From IMG/VR virus record IMGVR_UViG_3300008113_000003, positions 142,297-206,296 of that record: 64,000 bases of DNA, one strand, 5' to 3'. Within the stretch, counting starts at the first letter, position 1. Each line of letters starts with the position of its first letter. The notes under the pieces are model-generated. The model worked only from the letters and a program-made list of their open reading frames with translations, searched no databases and was not told the DNA's origin. The translations under genes were made by a program, and so were the position numbers. Of the stretch, positions 39,080-48,024 are shown piece after piece.

Positions 39080-40216
39080 ATGAGAAAATCAGGACTACAA
39101 TTGGGTGATTACCCAAACTACATCGCTAAATCAACGGTTGATAAACTATCTAAGCGAACTCACCCATTGGCTAAAATGCCATACTATGACCAATCTACTC
39201 ATCCAGAAACGTGGAGAGAAGAAGTTATTGCATCAGATCGTTATAAAGAATTGGTTGATTCTTATTGTAACACATTTGGTATGGACAAATCCCAGTTAAA
39301 CCCAATGGATGTTATGATGTCCGCTGGCTCAGCTAATTATATTGCTGTTAGTAAAGAAAATGGTAAGAGACCAGCGCTTTGCAATTTAGCCGAAAAAATC
39401 ATTAGAGATGAATGGTTTATTGGTAAAGATGAGGTTATTTTTGACCTTGAGATACTAGAACCAGGTAAAATTAAACTACCTGAAAACATGAGTATGGAAT
39501 CACCTTTAAACGAAGAAGAGAAAGAGGAGATTGAAAATGAGATGGGTGATGAGGTTGTGAAAAGAAGAACAATTAATGCGCTTGCACAAGGTGCTTCATT
39601 AAGGGGTCATTACTTATTCCATTTATATCGTACTGAAATTGAAGAAATTGTACCCGATATTACAAGCTATTACCAAAAAGCTTTAATTGCAAATGATTTA
39701 TTTTATTACTTGATTAGTGACGAAATGTTCCAAAAGCAAATTGAGGCTGACGATTCAAATAACGCTGGTTACGTTAAGCTTGACTTTAGCGGAGAAATAC
39801 CTAAAATTATAGCAAAAGCGATTAATTTGCCGATATTAATCCATGAAATGATAAAAGGTATTATCTCTTTGTTATCTGTAGCTGGTTTACCAGAAGAAGA
39901 TGCGGATAAAGTGATTGAATATACTGATACTATCATTGCTGAATTGTGGGATATTCGTTTATTTCCTGTTGTATGGGCTAATTTTCACGCTTTAATTGAT
40001 GACGAAGATTATGACATTAAAAAATTAATCTTAATTGATCTCTTTAAACGAGATGCTGAAGATTTTATTGATTTTATGTCATTGTTGGAACATCGACCTG
40101 ATTATGCAAGAAAAGAGATAAAAGATATTGTTAAGGAAAAAAGAATGGAAATTATGGAATATAATTTTATTAAAGATGACCTTGATAATCTTGATTTAAG
40201 CGATTTAGGACTATAA
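39080..40216 (+). CDS. Conserved hypothetical protein upstream of the terminase
   Basis: 378-aa ORF. Confidence 0.6.
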   Translation: MRKSGLQLGDYPNYIAKSTVDKLSKRTHPLAKMPYYDQSTHPETWREEVIASDRYKELVDSYCNTFGMDKSQLNPMDVMMSAGSANYIAVSKENGKRPALCNLAEKIIRDEWFIGKDEVIFDLEILEPGKIKLPENMSMESPLNEEEKEEIENEMGDEVVKRRTINALAQGASLRGHYLFHLYRTEIEEIVPDITSYYQKALIANDLFYYLISDEMFQKQIEADDSNNAGYVKLDFSGEIPKIIAKAINLPILIHEMIKGIISLLSVAGLPEEDADKVIEYTDTIIAELWDIRLFPVVWANFHALIDDEDYDIKKLILIDLFKRDAEDFIDFMSLLEHRPDYARKEIKDIVKEKRMEIMEYNFIKDDLDNLDLSDLGL

Positions 40217-40221
40217 TAAAC

Positions 40222-40229
40222 TATTTATA
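40222..40229 (+). promoter_or_regulatory. Candidate late promoter TATTTATA for the terminase
   Basis: 15 nt upstream of the TTG start. Confidence 0.5.
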
Positions 40230-40244
40230 TGGAAACAATAGGCC

Positions 40245-42053
40245 TTGGCAAAACAAATTACCGATAAAAAAGAATTACTTTTAGAGTTCGCAAAATGTTC
40301 TCAAGACCCTTGCTATGTCATAGAAAGTTATTTTGAAACTTTTGATAAGACTAGAGAGGGTTATGTACCTTTCGAACTTTTTGATGGTCAAAAAAAGCTT
40401 GTTTCCAATTATAGAAAACATAGGTTTAACCTAGTTCTAAAATATCGCCAGGCTGGTATCTCAACAGTAACAGCGGCATATTCTGCTGTACTTACAGCTT
40501 TTGCTAGCCCAGATCGACCTGAAAAAGTTTTGATCTTAGCAAACAAGCAGGAAACAGCAATTGAATTCCAAAACAAAATCATTAACTTTATTAAACAATT
40601 ACCTGACTGGGTAAATGTTTCGTTTGATAAATCATCACAAAAACACGTTAGATTATCTAACGGTTCAGAAATTAAAGCCGTTGCAACATCACAAGATGCT
40701 TTGCGTGGTTATACACCTACTGTCCTATTAATTGATGAGGCTGCCTTCGTTGAAGGTGGACAAGAACTATGGACAGCGTGTTTGGCTTCAATTGGTACTG
40801 GTGGTAAAGCTGTATTAATTTCAACACCTAACGGTTTAGATCCTATCTACTACGCCTCATATGAAGGTGCTATTAAAGGTGATAATAGTTTCTGTGTAAC
40901 ACACTTAAAATGGTGGCAAGATCCACGATTCAACAAAGATTTACGTTTAATTAAAACTAAAGATATTGTAGACTGGATTCAAAAACCAAATACAGAAAAA
41001 CACGAAGAGGTTGTTGAATCTGTAATCGATCTACACCCTGATGTTATAGCTAAATTTATTAGCGATGGCTATAAACCACACTCTACATGGTATGAAAACA
41101 TGTGTAGAGACATGAACTTTAACAAACGTATGATCAACCAGGAGTTGGAATGTGCGTTTATTGGTTCTGGTGATAACGTTATTGAGGGTGAGGTAATTAG
41201 AAAACAAGAACAAGAGAATGTTATTGACCCAATTGTTAAAGACAAAGCTTGGGATAGTAATTTATGGATATGGAAACTACCTGAAAAGGGTCATAGGTAT
41301 ATCTTAGCACTTGACGTATCTCGTGGTGACTCTGAGGATGCCACTGGTATGTGTATTATTGATTATGATACATTCGAACAGGTTTTAGAGTATCATGGTA
41401 AAGTTCCACCAGACGTTGCAGCGCTAATAGTTGATCAGTATGGAAGAATGTACGATGCGTTATCAACTTTTGATATCACTGGTGGTATGGGCATAGCGTC
41501 AACACAAAAACTTAAAGAACTAGGGTTCCCTAAAAAACTATTACACTATGATAATGATGGTGATAGTAACAGCATGTATTACATGCCAGATGAAAATGCT
41601 ATACCAGGTATAAATTTTGCGTCTAAAAATAGAAGAAGTCAAATTGTGGCGGCTTTAGAAGAAGCTGTTGCTAGAGGTGGCTTTAAAATACGTAGCGAAA
41701 GATTGACAGCTGAGCTAAAAAAATTCGTTTATAAAAACGGTAAACCAGACCACATGAAGGGCTCACATGATGACCTTATCATGGCTCTTGGTATGTGTTT
41801 GTTTGTTGCCAATACATCATTTAAAAGATTACAAGAATCTGATAATATGACTAGGGCTATGTTAGATAGTTGGAAAATAACAACTAGTAACACAAAAACA
41901 GATGCAGACTATTTATTAAAAGACGTGACTAGTTCACCAAATCCAGATAAATCATATTATAATTCGGATGAATTTGCCACCAATAATAATATGATGAACA
42001 CAAAAGAATTTGGTTGGCTATTTGGCGTAACTAAACCTAAACCTAATAATTAA
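40245..42053 (+). CDS. gp17: Terminase large subunit (TTG start)
   Basis: KYRQAGIST (Walker A), LLIDEAAF (Walker B), ISTPNG, QELECAF, LDVSRGDSED, HDDLIMA. Confidence 0.93.
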   Translation: MAKQITDKKELLLEFAKCSQDPCYVIESYFETFDKTREGYVPFELFDGQKKLVSNYRKHRFNLVLKYRQAGISTVTAAYSAVLTAFASPDRPEKVLILANKQETAIEFQNKIINFIKQLPDWVNVSFDKSSQKHVRLSNGSEIKAVATSQDALRGYTPTVLLIDEAAFVEGGQELWTACLASIGTGGKAVLISTPNGLDPIYYASYEGAIKGDNSFCVTHLKWWQDPRFNKDLRLIKTKDIVDWIQKPNTEKHEEVVESVIDLHPDVIAKFISDGYKPHSTWYENMCRDMNFNKRMINQELECAFIGSGDNVIEGEVIRKQEQENVIDPIVKDKAWDSNLWIWKLPEKGHRYILALDVSRGDSEDATGMCIIDYDTFEQVLEYHGKVPPDVAALIVDQYGRMYDALSTFDITGGMGIASTQKLKELGFPKKLLHYDNDGDSNSMYYMPDENAIPGINFASKNRRSQIVAALEEAVARGGFKIRSERLTAELKKFVYKNGKPDHMKGSHDDLIMALGMCLFVANTSFKRLQESDNMTRAMLDSWKITTSNTKTDADYLLKDVTSSPNPDKSYYNSDEFATNNNMMNTKEFGWLFGVTKPKPNN

Positions 42054-42068
42054 AAACAATTAAACAAA

Positions 42069-42308
42069 ATGGCAAACATAATTAAACAAGGTAGAAGCAC
42101 TGGTCCTGGATCAACATCAATCGTTAGAGGTATTGACCCAAAAAATTTAGATAAAAGAGATGGTAGAGCGTTGCAAAGAAATGTTGACGCTATCAAATGT
42201 TCTATAGAATCTGATGGTACAACAACTTATGTGCAAAAAAAAGAATGGGATGAAGCTGTAGAAAACTACAAGTTTCCACCATATGTAGAATGTGAATACG
42301 TAAATTAA
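42069..42308 (+). CDS. Hypothetical protein
   Basis: 79-aa ORF between terminase and portal. Confidence 0.5.
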   Translation: MANIIKQGRSTGPGSTSIVRGIDPKNLDKRDGRALQRNVDAIKCSIESDGTTTYVQKKEWDEAVENYKFPPYVECEYVN

Positions 42309-42314
42309 AAATAT

Positions 42315-44171
42315 ATGGCAGATAATAGATTAACAATATTCCAAAGGTTAAATAAGGTTCTTGGCAATGAAGTCGATGGGCCAAAATATGTCATTGACCC
42401 TAGTTCGTTTAATGGGTTAAGTGGTGACGATTTGGAACAAAAAAAGTTAGAGGCGCAACAAACGCTATATCTACAAAATCAATGGAAAAAAATTGATAAT
42501 GAGCTTTATCAAAAAGCTGTTTATTACGAACCAACAAGAATTGCATCGTATTATGATTACGAAGCTATGGAATATACGCCAGAAATTTCTGTTGCATTGG
42601 ATATTTTTGCTGAAGAGGCTACAACAGCAAATGAAAACGGTAAAGTTTTAACAATTTATTCTGATAGTACCAGAATAAAAAAAGAATTAACAGATTTATT
42701 TGAAAATGTGTTAGATATTAACGCTAACCTAACATCTTGGGCTAGAAACGTATGTAAATATGGTGATAACTTTGTTTACAACAAGATTGTACCTAACCAA
42801 GGTATCGTGGGTGTTACCCAATTACCAAATATTGAAATGACAAGATCTGAACCTGGTTTTTCAAAGATTACCAGTTTAGATGATCAACAAAAAGAAAAGA
42901 ACATTAAGTTTTTCTGGAAAGATAAAAACGTTGAATTTAATTCATTTGAAATTTCTCACTTTAGATTACTTGGTGATGATAGAAGATTACCTTACGGTAC
43001 ATCAATGCTTGAAAAAGTAAGAAGAATTTGGAAACAATTGTTGTTATCTGAAGATGCGATGTTAGTTTATCGTGTTACCAGAGCACCAGAAAGACGTGTT
43101 TACAAAGTATTCGTTGGTAACATGGATGATAAAGATGTTGATGCTTATGTTGACAAAATCGCAAATAACTTTAAAAGAGTTAATATGGTTGATAAGAGCA
43201 ACGGACAACAAGACACACGTTATAACGCACTAGCTGTTGACCAAGACTACTTTATACCTGTTAGAGACCCAAGCCTTGCAATGCCAATTGAAACGCTTCC
43301 TGGGGCTCAAAACCTATCAGAAATAGCCGATATCGAATATATCCAAAAGAAAATGCTTGCCGCACTTAGAGTACCTAAAGCTTTTATTGGTTTTGAAGAA
43401 ACTACTGGTGACGGTAAAAACTTGGCCATTCTTGATGTTCGTTTTGCAAGAGCGGTACATAGGATACAAAAAGCTCTTATCCAAGAGTTAAATAAAATGG
43501 CTATTATCCATTTATACACCAAAGGATTTACTGATGATTTGGAAAACTTTACATTAACGTTAACAAGCCCATCAACACAGGCTGAAATGCTTAAGATCCA
43601 AAACTGGAAAGAGAAAGTTACTTTATATCGTGATGCGGTTTCTGACGCTGGTAACGGATTCTCAGCTATGTCAATGACTTATGCTAAGAAAGAAATCTTA
43701 AATATGAGCGATGATGAGATTAAACTTGATATCCAAAGACAAGCTGTTGAAAAAGCTGGTGGTGAGGAAATTAAAGCTCTTGGTGAAACGATTAAACAAA
43801 CTGGTATATTCAGAGACATTTATAAGATTTATAAAATTGACCCTAACAACATGACGCTTGGTGCTTCTGGAACTGGTAGTGATATGGGTGCTGCTGGTGG
43901 TGGCGGTGGTGGTAGTATGTCTGACATGGGTGGTGGTGATACCGCTGGTGGAACCGATTTTACAGCACCATTGGAAGTTCCTGGGGCTGAAGCTGGAGCT
44001 GAAATACCTGGTCCTGAAACAGGTGGTGAAACACCCGAAGCTGGAGCTGAAATACCTGGTACTGAGGAACCTTTGGCTGAAATAACCAAAAGAAAATTAG
44101 AGGCTAAAAATAGATTAATCAACGAAGCTCTTAAAAAAACAATTGACGAAATTGATGATTTATTAGTATAA
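42315..44171 (+). CDS. gp20: Portal protein (T4 gp20-like)
   Basis: EDAMLVYRVTRAPERRVYKVFVGNM, QDYFIPVR, IETLPGAQNL, KKMLAALRVP; Gly/Glu-rich C-tail. Confidence 0.95.
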   Translation: MADNRLTIFQRLNKVLGNEVDGPKYVIDPSSFNGLSGDDLEQKKLEAQQTLYLQNQWKKIDNELYQKAVYYEPTRIASYYDYEAMEYTPEISVALDIFAEEATTANENGKVLTIYSDSTRIKKELTDLFENVLDINANLTSWARNVCKYGDNFVYNKIVPNQGIVGVTQLPNIEMTRSEPGFSKITSLDDQQKEKNIKFFWKDKNVEFNSFEISHFRLLGDDRRLPYGTSMLEKVRRIWKQLLLSEDAMLVYRVTRAPERRVYKVFVGNMDDKDVDAYVDKIANNFKRVNMVDKSNGQQDTRYNALAVDQDYFIPVRDPSLAMPIETLPGAQNLSEIADIEYIQKKMLAALRVPKAFIGFEETTGDGKNLAILDVRFARAVHRIQKALIQELNKMAIIHLYTKGFTDDLENFTLTLTSPSTQAEMLKIQNWKEKVTLYRDAVSDAGNGFSAMSMTYAKKEILNMSDDEIKLDIQRQAVEKAGGEEIKALGETIKQTGIFRDIYKIYKIDPNNMTLGASGTGSDMGAAGGGGGGSMSDMGGGDTAGGTDFTAPLEVPGAEAGAEIPGPETGGETPEAGAEIPGTEEPLAEITKRKLEAKNRLINEALKKTIDEIDDLLV

Positions 44172-44186
44172 TAAAAAAATAACGGA

Positions 44187-44194
44187 TATTTATA
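44187..44194 (+). promoter_or_regulatory. Candidate late promoter TATTTATA
   Basis: GATATTTATA 16 nt upstream of the ATG at 44211. Confidence 0.55.
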
Positions 44195-44210
44195 TAAAAA
44201 TATTAAACAA

Positions 44211-44924
44211 ATGTTTGGACAATTAAAAGAAAGTATTCTTTCAGATTTAGAAAAAACTTACCAAGAAAAGGGTGAAAAAGATTTTAAAAAATCTTTTGCT
44301 AAGTATGTTAAAGTATTAAAAGAAAATAATGTGTTGAGAGAATTTAATGAGGTTTACAACTTATTAAATACAATGAGATTTGAAAACGAAGATATAGCAA
44401 AAGAGTTTGTTGAAGAATCAATTGCACACTTAAAATCTTTTGATTTAACAAAAGTTGATGCGTTAAAAACTTTAACCGAAAATATTACCATTGTTAATAA
44501 TGTTGTTAATGAGAGCATCGACCAATTAATCTTTAATAAAAAATTATCGCTTATTGATAAGGTTAAATATAAAACAAACTTAATTAAGCATTTAACTAGA
44601 GTTGATGAGAATATTGTTTCAATAAAAGAATCAATTGACAAGATCAATGAAAGTTTATCTGATAAAATTTCAAAATTAAATGAGGAGCAAGTTAAAGTTT
44701 TAAATTTATTCGCTGAAAACGATGAATCGGCTATTAATAGCTATTACGCAACATTGATCGAAAGCACACAAAACGTGGTTGAGGAAACAATAAATAAATC
44801 TGATGATATTATTGTTGTTAAAAAACTGTTAGAAGTCAGATCAAAGTTAAATGAGATGAAAAATCAAAAACCATCTTTAGATGTTATTGATAATGTTCTT
44901 GATTTAAAGAAAAGTTTCGAATAA
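44211..44924 (+). CDS. Putative prohead core / head assembly protein
   Basis: Helical and Lys/Glu-rich; follows the portal; many L-x-E sites. Confidence 0.45.
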   Translation: MFGQLKESILSDLEKTYQEKGEKDFKKSFAKYVKVLKENNVLREFNEVYNLLNTMRFENEDIAKEFVEESIAHLKSFDLTKVDALKTLTENITIVNNVVNESIDQLIFNKKLSLIDKVKYKTNLIKHLTRVDENIVSIKESIDKINESLSDKISKLNEEQVKVLNLFAENDESAINSYYATLIESTQNVVEETINKSDDIIVVKKLLEVRSKLNEMKNQKPSLDVIDNVLDLKKSFE

Positions 44925-44948
44925 AAAACACATTTTACCATAAAAAGT

Positions 44949-45020
44949 AAAGCCAGGGTAGCGAATCCTGGCTTTTTTTGTTCCATAACTGGAACGGTCC
45001 TAAAACACCGCTTATAGCGG
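44949..45020. terminator. Terminator plus two extra hairpins between convergent genes
   Basis: AAAGCCAGG/CCTGGCTTT with T-run, then GTTCC/GGAAC and CCGCT/AGCGG stems. Confidence 0.7.
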
Positions 45021-45026
45021 AATATC

Positions 45027-45338
45027 TTATTTGGTTTCCTCAACCGTAGTATCAACCTCATTAGCCGAAGCTTCAGCATTTGATTTTGCTATTGATACTT
45101 TGTGACCCGTATAGTTTTTATAACCGATTAAAGCAGCGCCAATCATGGTAAAAGCCACCGCTTGGTTAATTACGTCCATACTTTTGTCAATGAACATTTT
45201 ATCAATCACCCCCAATAAGAATGATAAGCAGCCAATCATAACGATGATAAAGCCTGATGTTGATGTTACAGATGTTTTTCCGTCTGGGTTCGATGTCATT
45301 TCACCGAAAGACCATTTTTTGATGTCTCCTATTTTCAT
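45027..45338 (-). CDS. Two-TM membrane protein (holin-like)
   Basis: Two hydrophobic segments after SNPDGKTS; upstream TATTTATA on the minus strand at 45355-45362. Confidence 0.5.
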   Translation of the reverse strand: MKIGDIKKWSFGEMTSNPDGKTSVTSTSGFIIVMIGCLSFLLGVIDKMFIDKSMDVINQAVAFTMIGAALIGYKNYTGHKVSIAKSNAEASANEVDTTVEETK

Positions 45339-45444
45339 AATATGTGTGTTTAATTATAAATATCTGAAATTTGCTTTAATGAACATTTTTTCTTATTATT
45401 ATAATAAGAAAAAAATAAAATATACTAAAACATGAAGAAACAAA

Positions 45445-45894
45445 ATGCAATGCAAATTTGGGAAAGAAAAGAAACTCTTTACAGACGAGAGATTTCGAGT
45501 TAAATACGGTACAATTGATGCTGTTAAATTAAACGCTGTGTATCTAAATGTTGAATCATGGGTCCAACCCAAAGAGATAGACAACTACGATTCATACATT
45601 AGAATAATGAGAAGACAGATTATTGTCAAAATAAAGGATAATATTGACGTAACAACGTTTAACGAAAATTTTATTGTTGATCTAGACTTAAGAGCATCTG
45701 GTATGTCATCAGATAAAAAAAGTTTTATGTTCATTGAATTAACAGTATACCCTAAAGAAAAATTAAAATTTAATTCTACTTTAATGTTTAAAAAAATGCA
45801 AGAACTATCTAATCTTATAGTGGAATCTTTAGAACAGAATAAACTAAATTACTTTTCAAAAAAATCAAATGCTAGATCAAGAAGAATTATATGA
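45445..45894 (+). CDS. Hypothetical protein
   Basis: 149-aa ORF. Confidence 0.55.
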   Translation: MQCKFGKEKKLFTDERFRVKYGTIDAVKLNAVYLNVESWVQPKEIDNYDSYIRIMRRQIIVKIKDNIDVTTFNENFIVDLDLRASGMSSDKKSFMFIELTVYPKEKLKFNSTLMFKKMQELSNLIVESLEQNKLNYFSKKSNARSRRII

Positions 45895-46792
45895 GATGTC
45901 ACCAGAAGAGGGACAAGAAATGCTTAAAGACCACTTAGAGAAGATATACCCATCAATCGAATCGTGGTACACAATAAACAATACTGATTTCTTTTTTAAT
46001 TTTAAGACAGTCGCTACTGTTGAATCTGGGTTATATAGCATGATATATAACGATGGTAATGGTTTTGGTGTTTCTAAACTAAGTTATAAGAGTGATGAAT
46101 TCTTTCACCTACCTTCTTTACCACACAATGAGATCATTAATGATTTAATTAATTTTTGGGACAATGTTGATAGGTTTAAAAAATATAACTTAACACCAAA
46201 GAGAGGTATTATCTTACACGGTGATCCAGGTTGTGGTAAAACATCATTAATTTACCTTTTGGTCGATAAATTAAAAGAATATAATGGTTTATCGATTTAT
46301 TTTGATAACCCTTTTAATTGGGTTGAATTGGCTAAATTGGTTAGGAAAGTTGAAAAAACCAGACCGTTACTTTGTATTATTGAAGATATTGATCTTGTGA
46401 TCGAAAAGTTTGGTGAAGAAGTTTTCTTAAACTTTCTTGACGGTTTAAACTCAATTGATAATGTTGTTTATGTGGCAACCACAAACAATCTGGAAAAAAT
46501 ACCAGCTAGGATTAAAGATAGACCATCTAGATTTGATAAGAAATATAAAATAGAAAAACCAACAACTGAGGATAGAAAGATTTACTTTACTGGGATATTA
46601 GATAAAGAGGATCAAAAGCTTTATGATATTGATAAATTAGTTAAAGACACCAATGGTTATACTATGGCCCATCTTAAAGAAACTTTTATTTCGTTGTATA
46701 TCCTTAAAAATCCATATGATGAAACCATTAAGCGATTAAAAAACAAAAAAATTGCTGATGAAAGAATGGGATTTAATCTTTCTGAGGATTAA
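45869..46792 (+). CDS. AAA+ ATPase
   Basis: GIILHGDPGCGKT, IIEDID, LNFLDG, ATTNN, RPSRFD. Confidence 0.88.
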   Translation: MLDQEELYEMSPEEGQEMLKDHLEKIYPSIESWYTINNTDFFFNFKTVATVESGLYSMIYNDGNGFGVSKLSYKSDEFFHLPSLPHNEIINDLINFWDNVDRFKKYNLTPKRGIILHGDPGCGKTSLIYLLVDKLKEYNGLSIYFDNPFNWVELAKLVRKVEKTRPLLCIIEDIDLVIEKFGEEVFLNFLDGLNSIDNVVYVATTNNLEKIPARIKDRPSRFDKKYKIEKPTTEDRKIYFTGILDKEDQKLYDIDKLVKDTNGYTMAHLKETFISLYILKNPYDETIKRLKNKKIADERMGFNLSED

Positions 46793-46817
46793 GTCGACAC
46801 TTAACTTGTTTTCATTA

Positions 46818-46825
46818 TATTTATG
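46818..46825 (+). promoter_or_regulatory. Candidate late promoter TATTTATG
   Basis: 17 nt upstream of the prohead protease ATG. Confidence 0.5.
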
Positions 46826-46842
46826 TAATATAATCTATTAAA

Positions 46843-47556
46843 ATGGGTATAAAAATATTAAAAGAAAACGAAGAAGGTTTTGGTATCTTAATTGAAGGTG
46901 ATGCTGGTTCAGTATCTGAGGTATTACAAGGACAAATTATAAATGAAGAAATTAGTAGGGGTCCAATAGATTTATCTGGACCCATATACTATTACGCTAC
47001 ATTACAAAAATATGGTGTTGAGAATAGAAATGGCCGAGTGTATCCAGAAGACATTTTGAGAAGAGAAGTTGAAAGATATAGAGAAGTTATTGCTCGCAAT
47101 TCTAGTTTTCATGAATTGGATCACCCACAAGAATCTGTTATTTCGTTAAAAGGTGGTTCGCCACACAGAATAGTTGATATGTTCTGGAAAGATAATGTTC
47201 TTATTGGTAAACTAGAGATATTAGTATCTGAAGGCTTTAGGAGAGGTGGTATTATATCTTGTAATGGTGATTTAGTCGCACATTACCTAAGTTATGGTAT
47301 GACATTAGGCATCTCTTCAAGAGGTGTTGGTAGTCTTAAAAAAGTTGGTGGTAAAAATGTTGTACAAAGTGACTTCGAATTAATCTGTTGGGATATCGTT
47401 TCATCCCCATCTACACCAGGCTCCTATCTTTATAAAGATCCACAAGACTTTAAAAAATATGATGAGGTTTTAAATGAGCCAAAGGAAATTGAGGAGAGTA
47501 CCGCACCAGAAGAGAACGATTTTTTGGCAAATCTTAATAAATTTTTGAAATTTTAA
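46843..47556 (+). CDS. gp21: Prohead core protease (T4 gp21-like)
   Basis: ENRNGRVYP, ELDHP, GISSRGVGS, WDIVSSPSTPGS. Confidence 0.92.
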   Translation: MGIKILKENEEGFGILIEGDAGSVSEVLQGQIINEEISRGPIDLSGPIYYYATLQKYGVENRNGRVYPEDILRREVERYREVIARNSSFHELDHPQESVISLKGGSPHRIVDMFWKDNVLIGKLEILVSEGFRRGGIISCNGDLVAHYLSYGMTLGISSRGVGSLKKVGGKNVVQSDFELICWDIVSSPSTPGSYLYKDPQDFKKYDEVLNEPKEIEESTAPEENDFLANLNKFLKF

Positions 47557-47610
47557 GTTGCTTTTATAAAAAATTTTTACTACTATTATAACAGTTAAAA
47601 AATATTTTTT

Positions 47611-47850
47611 ATGAAAACTTACTATTGGTACACAGTTACAATTCAATTCGTTGTTGAAGACGAGCAAACGGGTAAAATCAAAAAGATTAAAGAAAATTAT
47701 CTTACCAAAGCAATCTCAGTTACTGATGCAGAAGCCTCTGTAATCAAGGATCTTGAGGGAACAATGGGTGATTTTAGAATCTTAAAAATCGATGAATCTA
47801 AAATTGTTAGAGTTATCCTTCCACAAGGAGTTGACATCAACGCTGAATAA
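47611..47850 (+). CDS. DUF4494-family protein
   Basis: GKIKKIKENYLTKAISVTDAEA...FRILKIDESKIVRV, a family I recognise from Bacteroidota and their phages. Confidence 0.7.
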   Translation: MKTYYWYTVTIQFVVEDEQTGKIKKIKENYLTKAISVTDAEASVIKDLEGTMGDFRILKIDESKIVRVILPQGVDINAE

Positions 47851-47871
47851 AAACTAAGAAAAAAAGACGTT

Positions 47872-47901
47872 AAAAACCATCCATATCGGGTGGTTTTTTT
47901 T
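47872..47901 (+). terminator. Rho-independent terminator
   Basis: AAAACCATCC/GGGTGGTTTT stem with T-run; a second hairpin (CCCAGTAC/GTATTGGG) at 47909-47932. Confidence 0.7.
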
Positions 47902-47974
47902 GTTTAGGCCCAGTACAATATAGCGTATTGGGAATATTTTTTTAAATTTTTTTGCTCTTTCGATATTTTCATAG

Positions 47975-47982
47975 TATTTATT
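47975..47982 (+). promoter_or_regulatory. Candidate late promoter TATTTATT for scaffold/MCP
   Basis: 42 nt upstream of the ATG at 48025. Confidence 0.5.
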
Positions 47983-48024
47983 ACTAAGATAATATATCAT
48001 AATAATTTTTTAATAAATTAAAAC

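Noticed and set aside
40229-40267. 12-codon uORF overlapping the terminase TTG start in the -1 frame (possible +1 shift at GGC CTT GGC)
   Set aside because: Its ATG overlaps the late motif and so is probably not in the transcript; a plain TTG start is the simpler explanation.
43989-44060. 24-bp exact repeat (GAAGCTGGAGCTGAAATACCTGGT) in the portal tail
   Set aside because: It lies in the low-complexity acidic C-tail typical of these portals; no evidence of a separate function.
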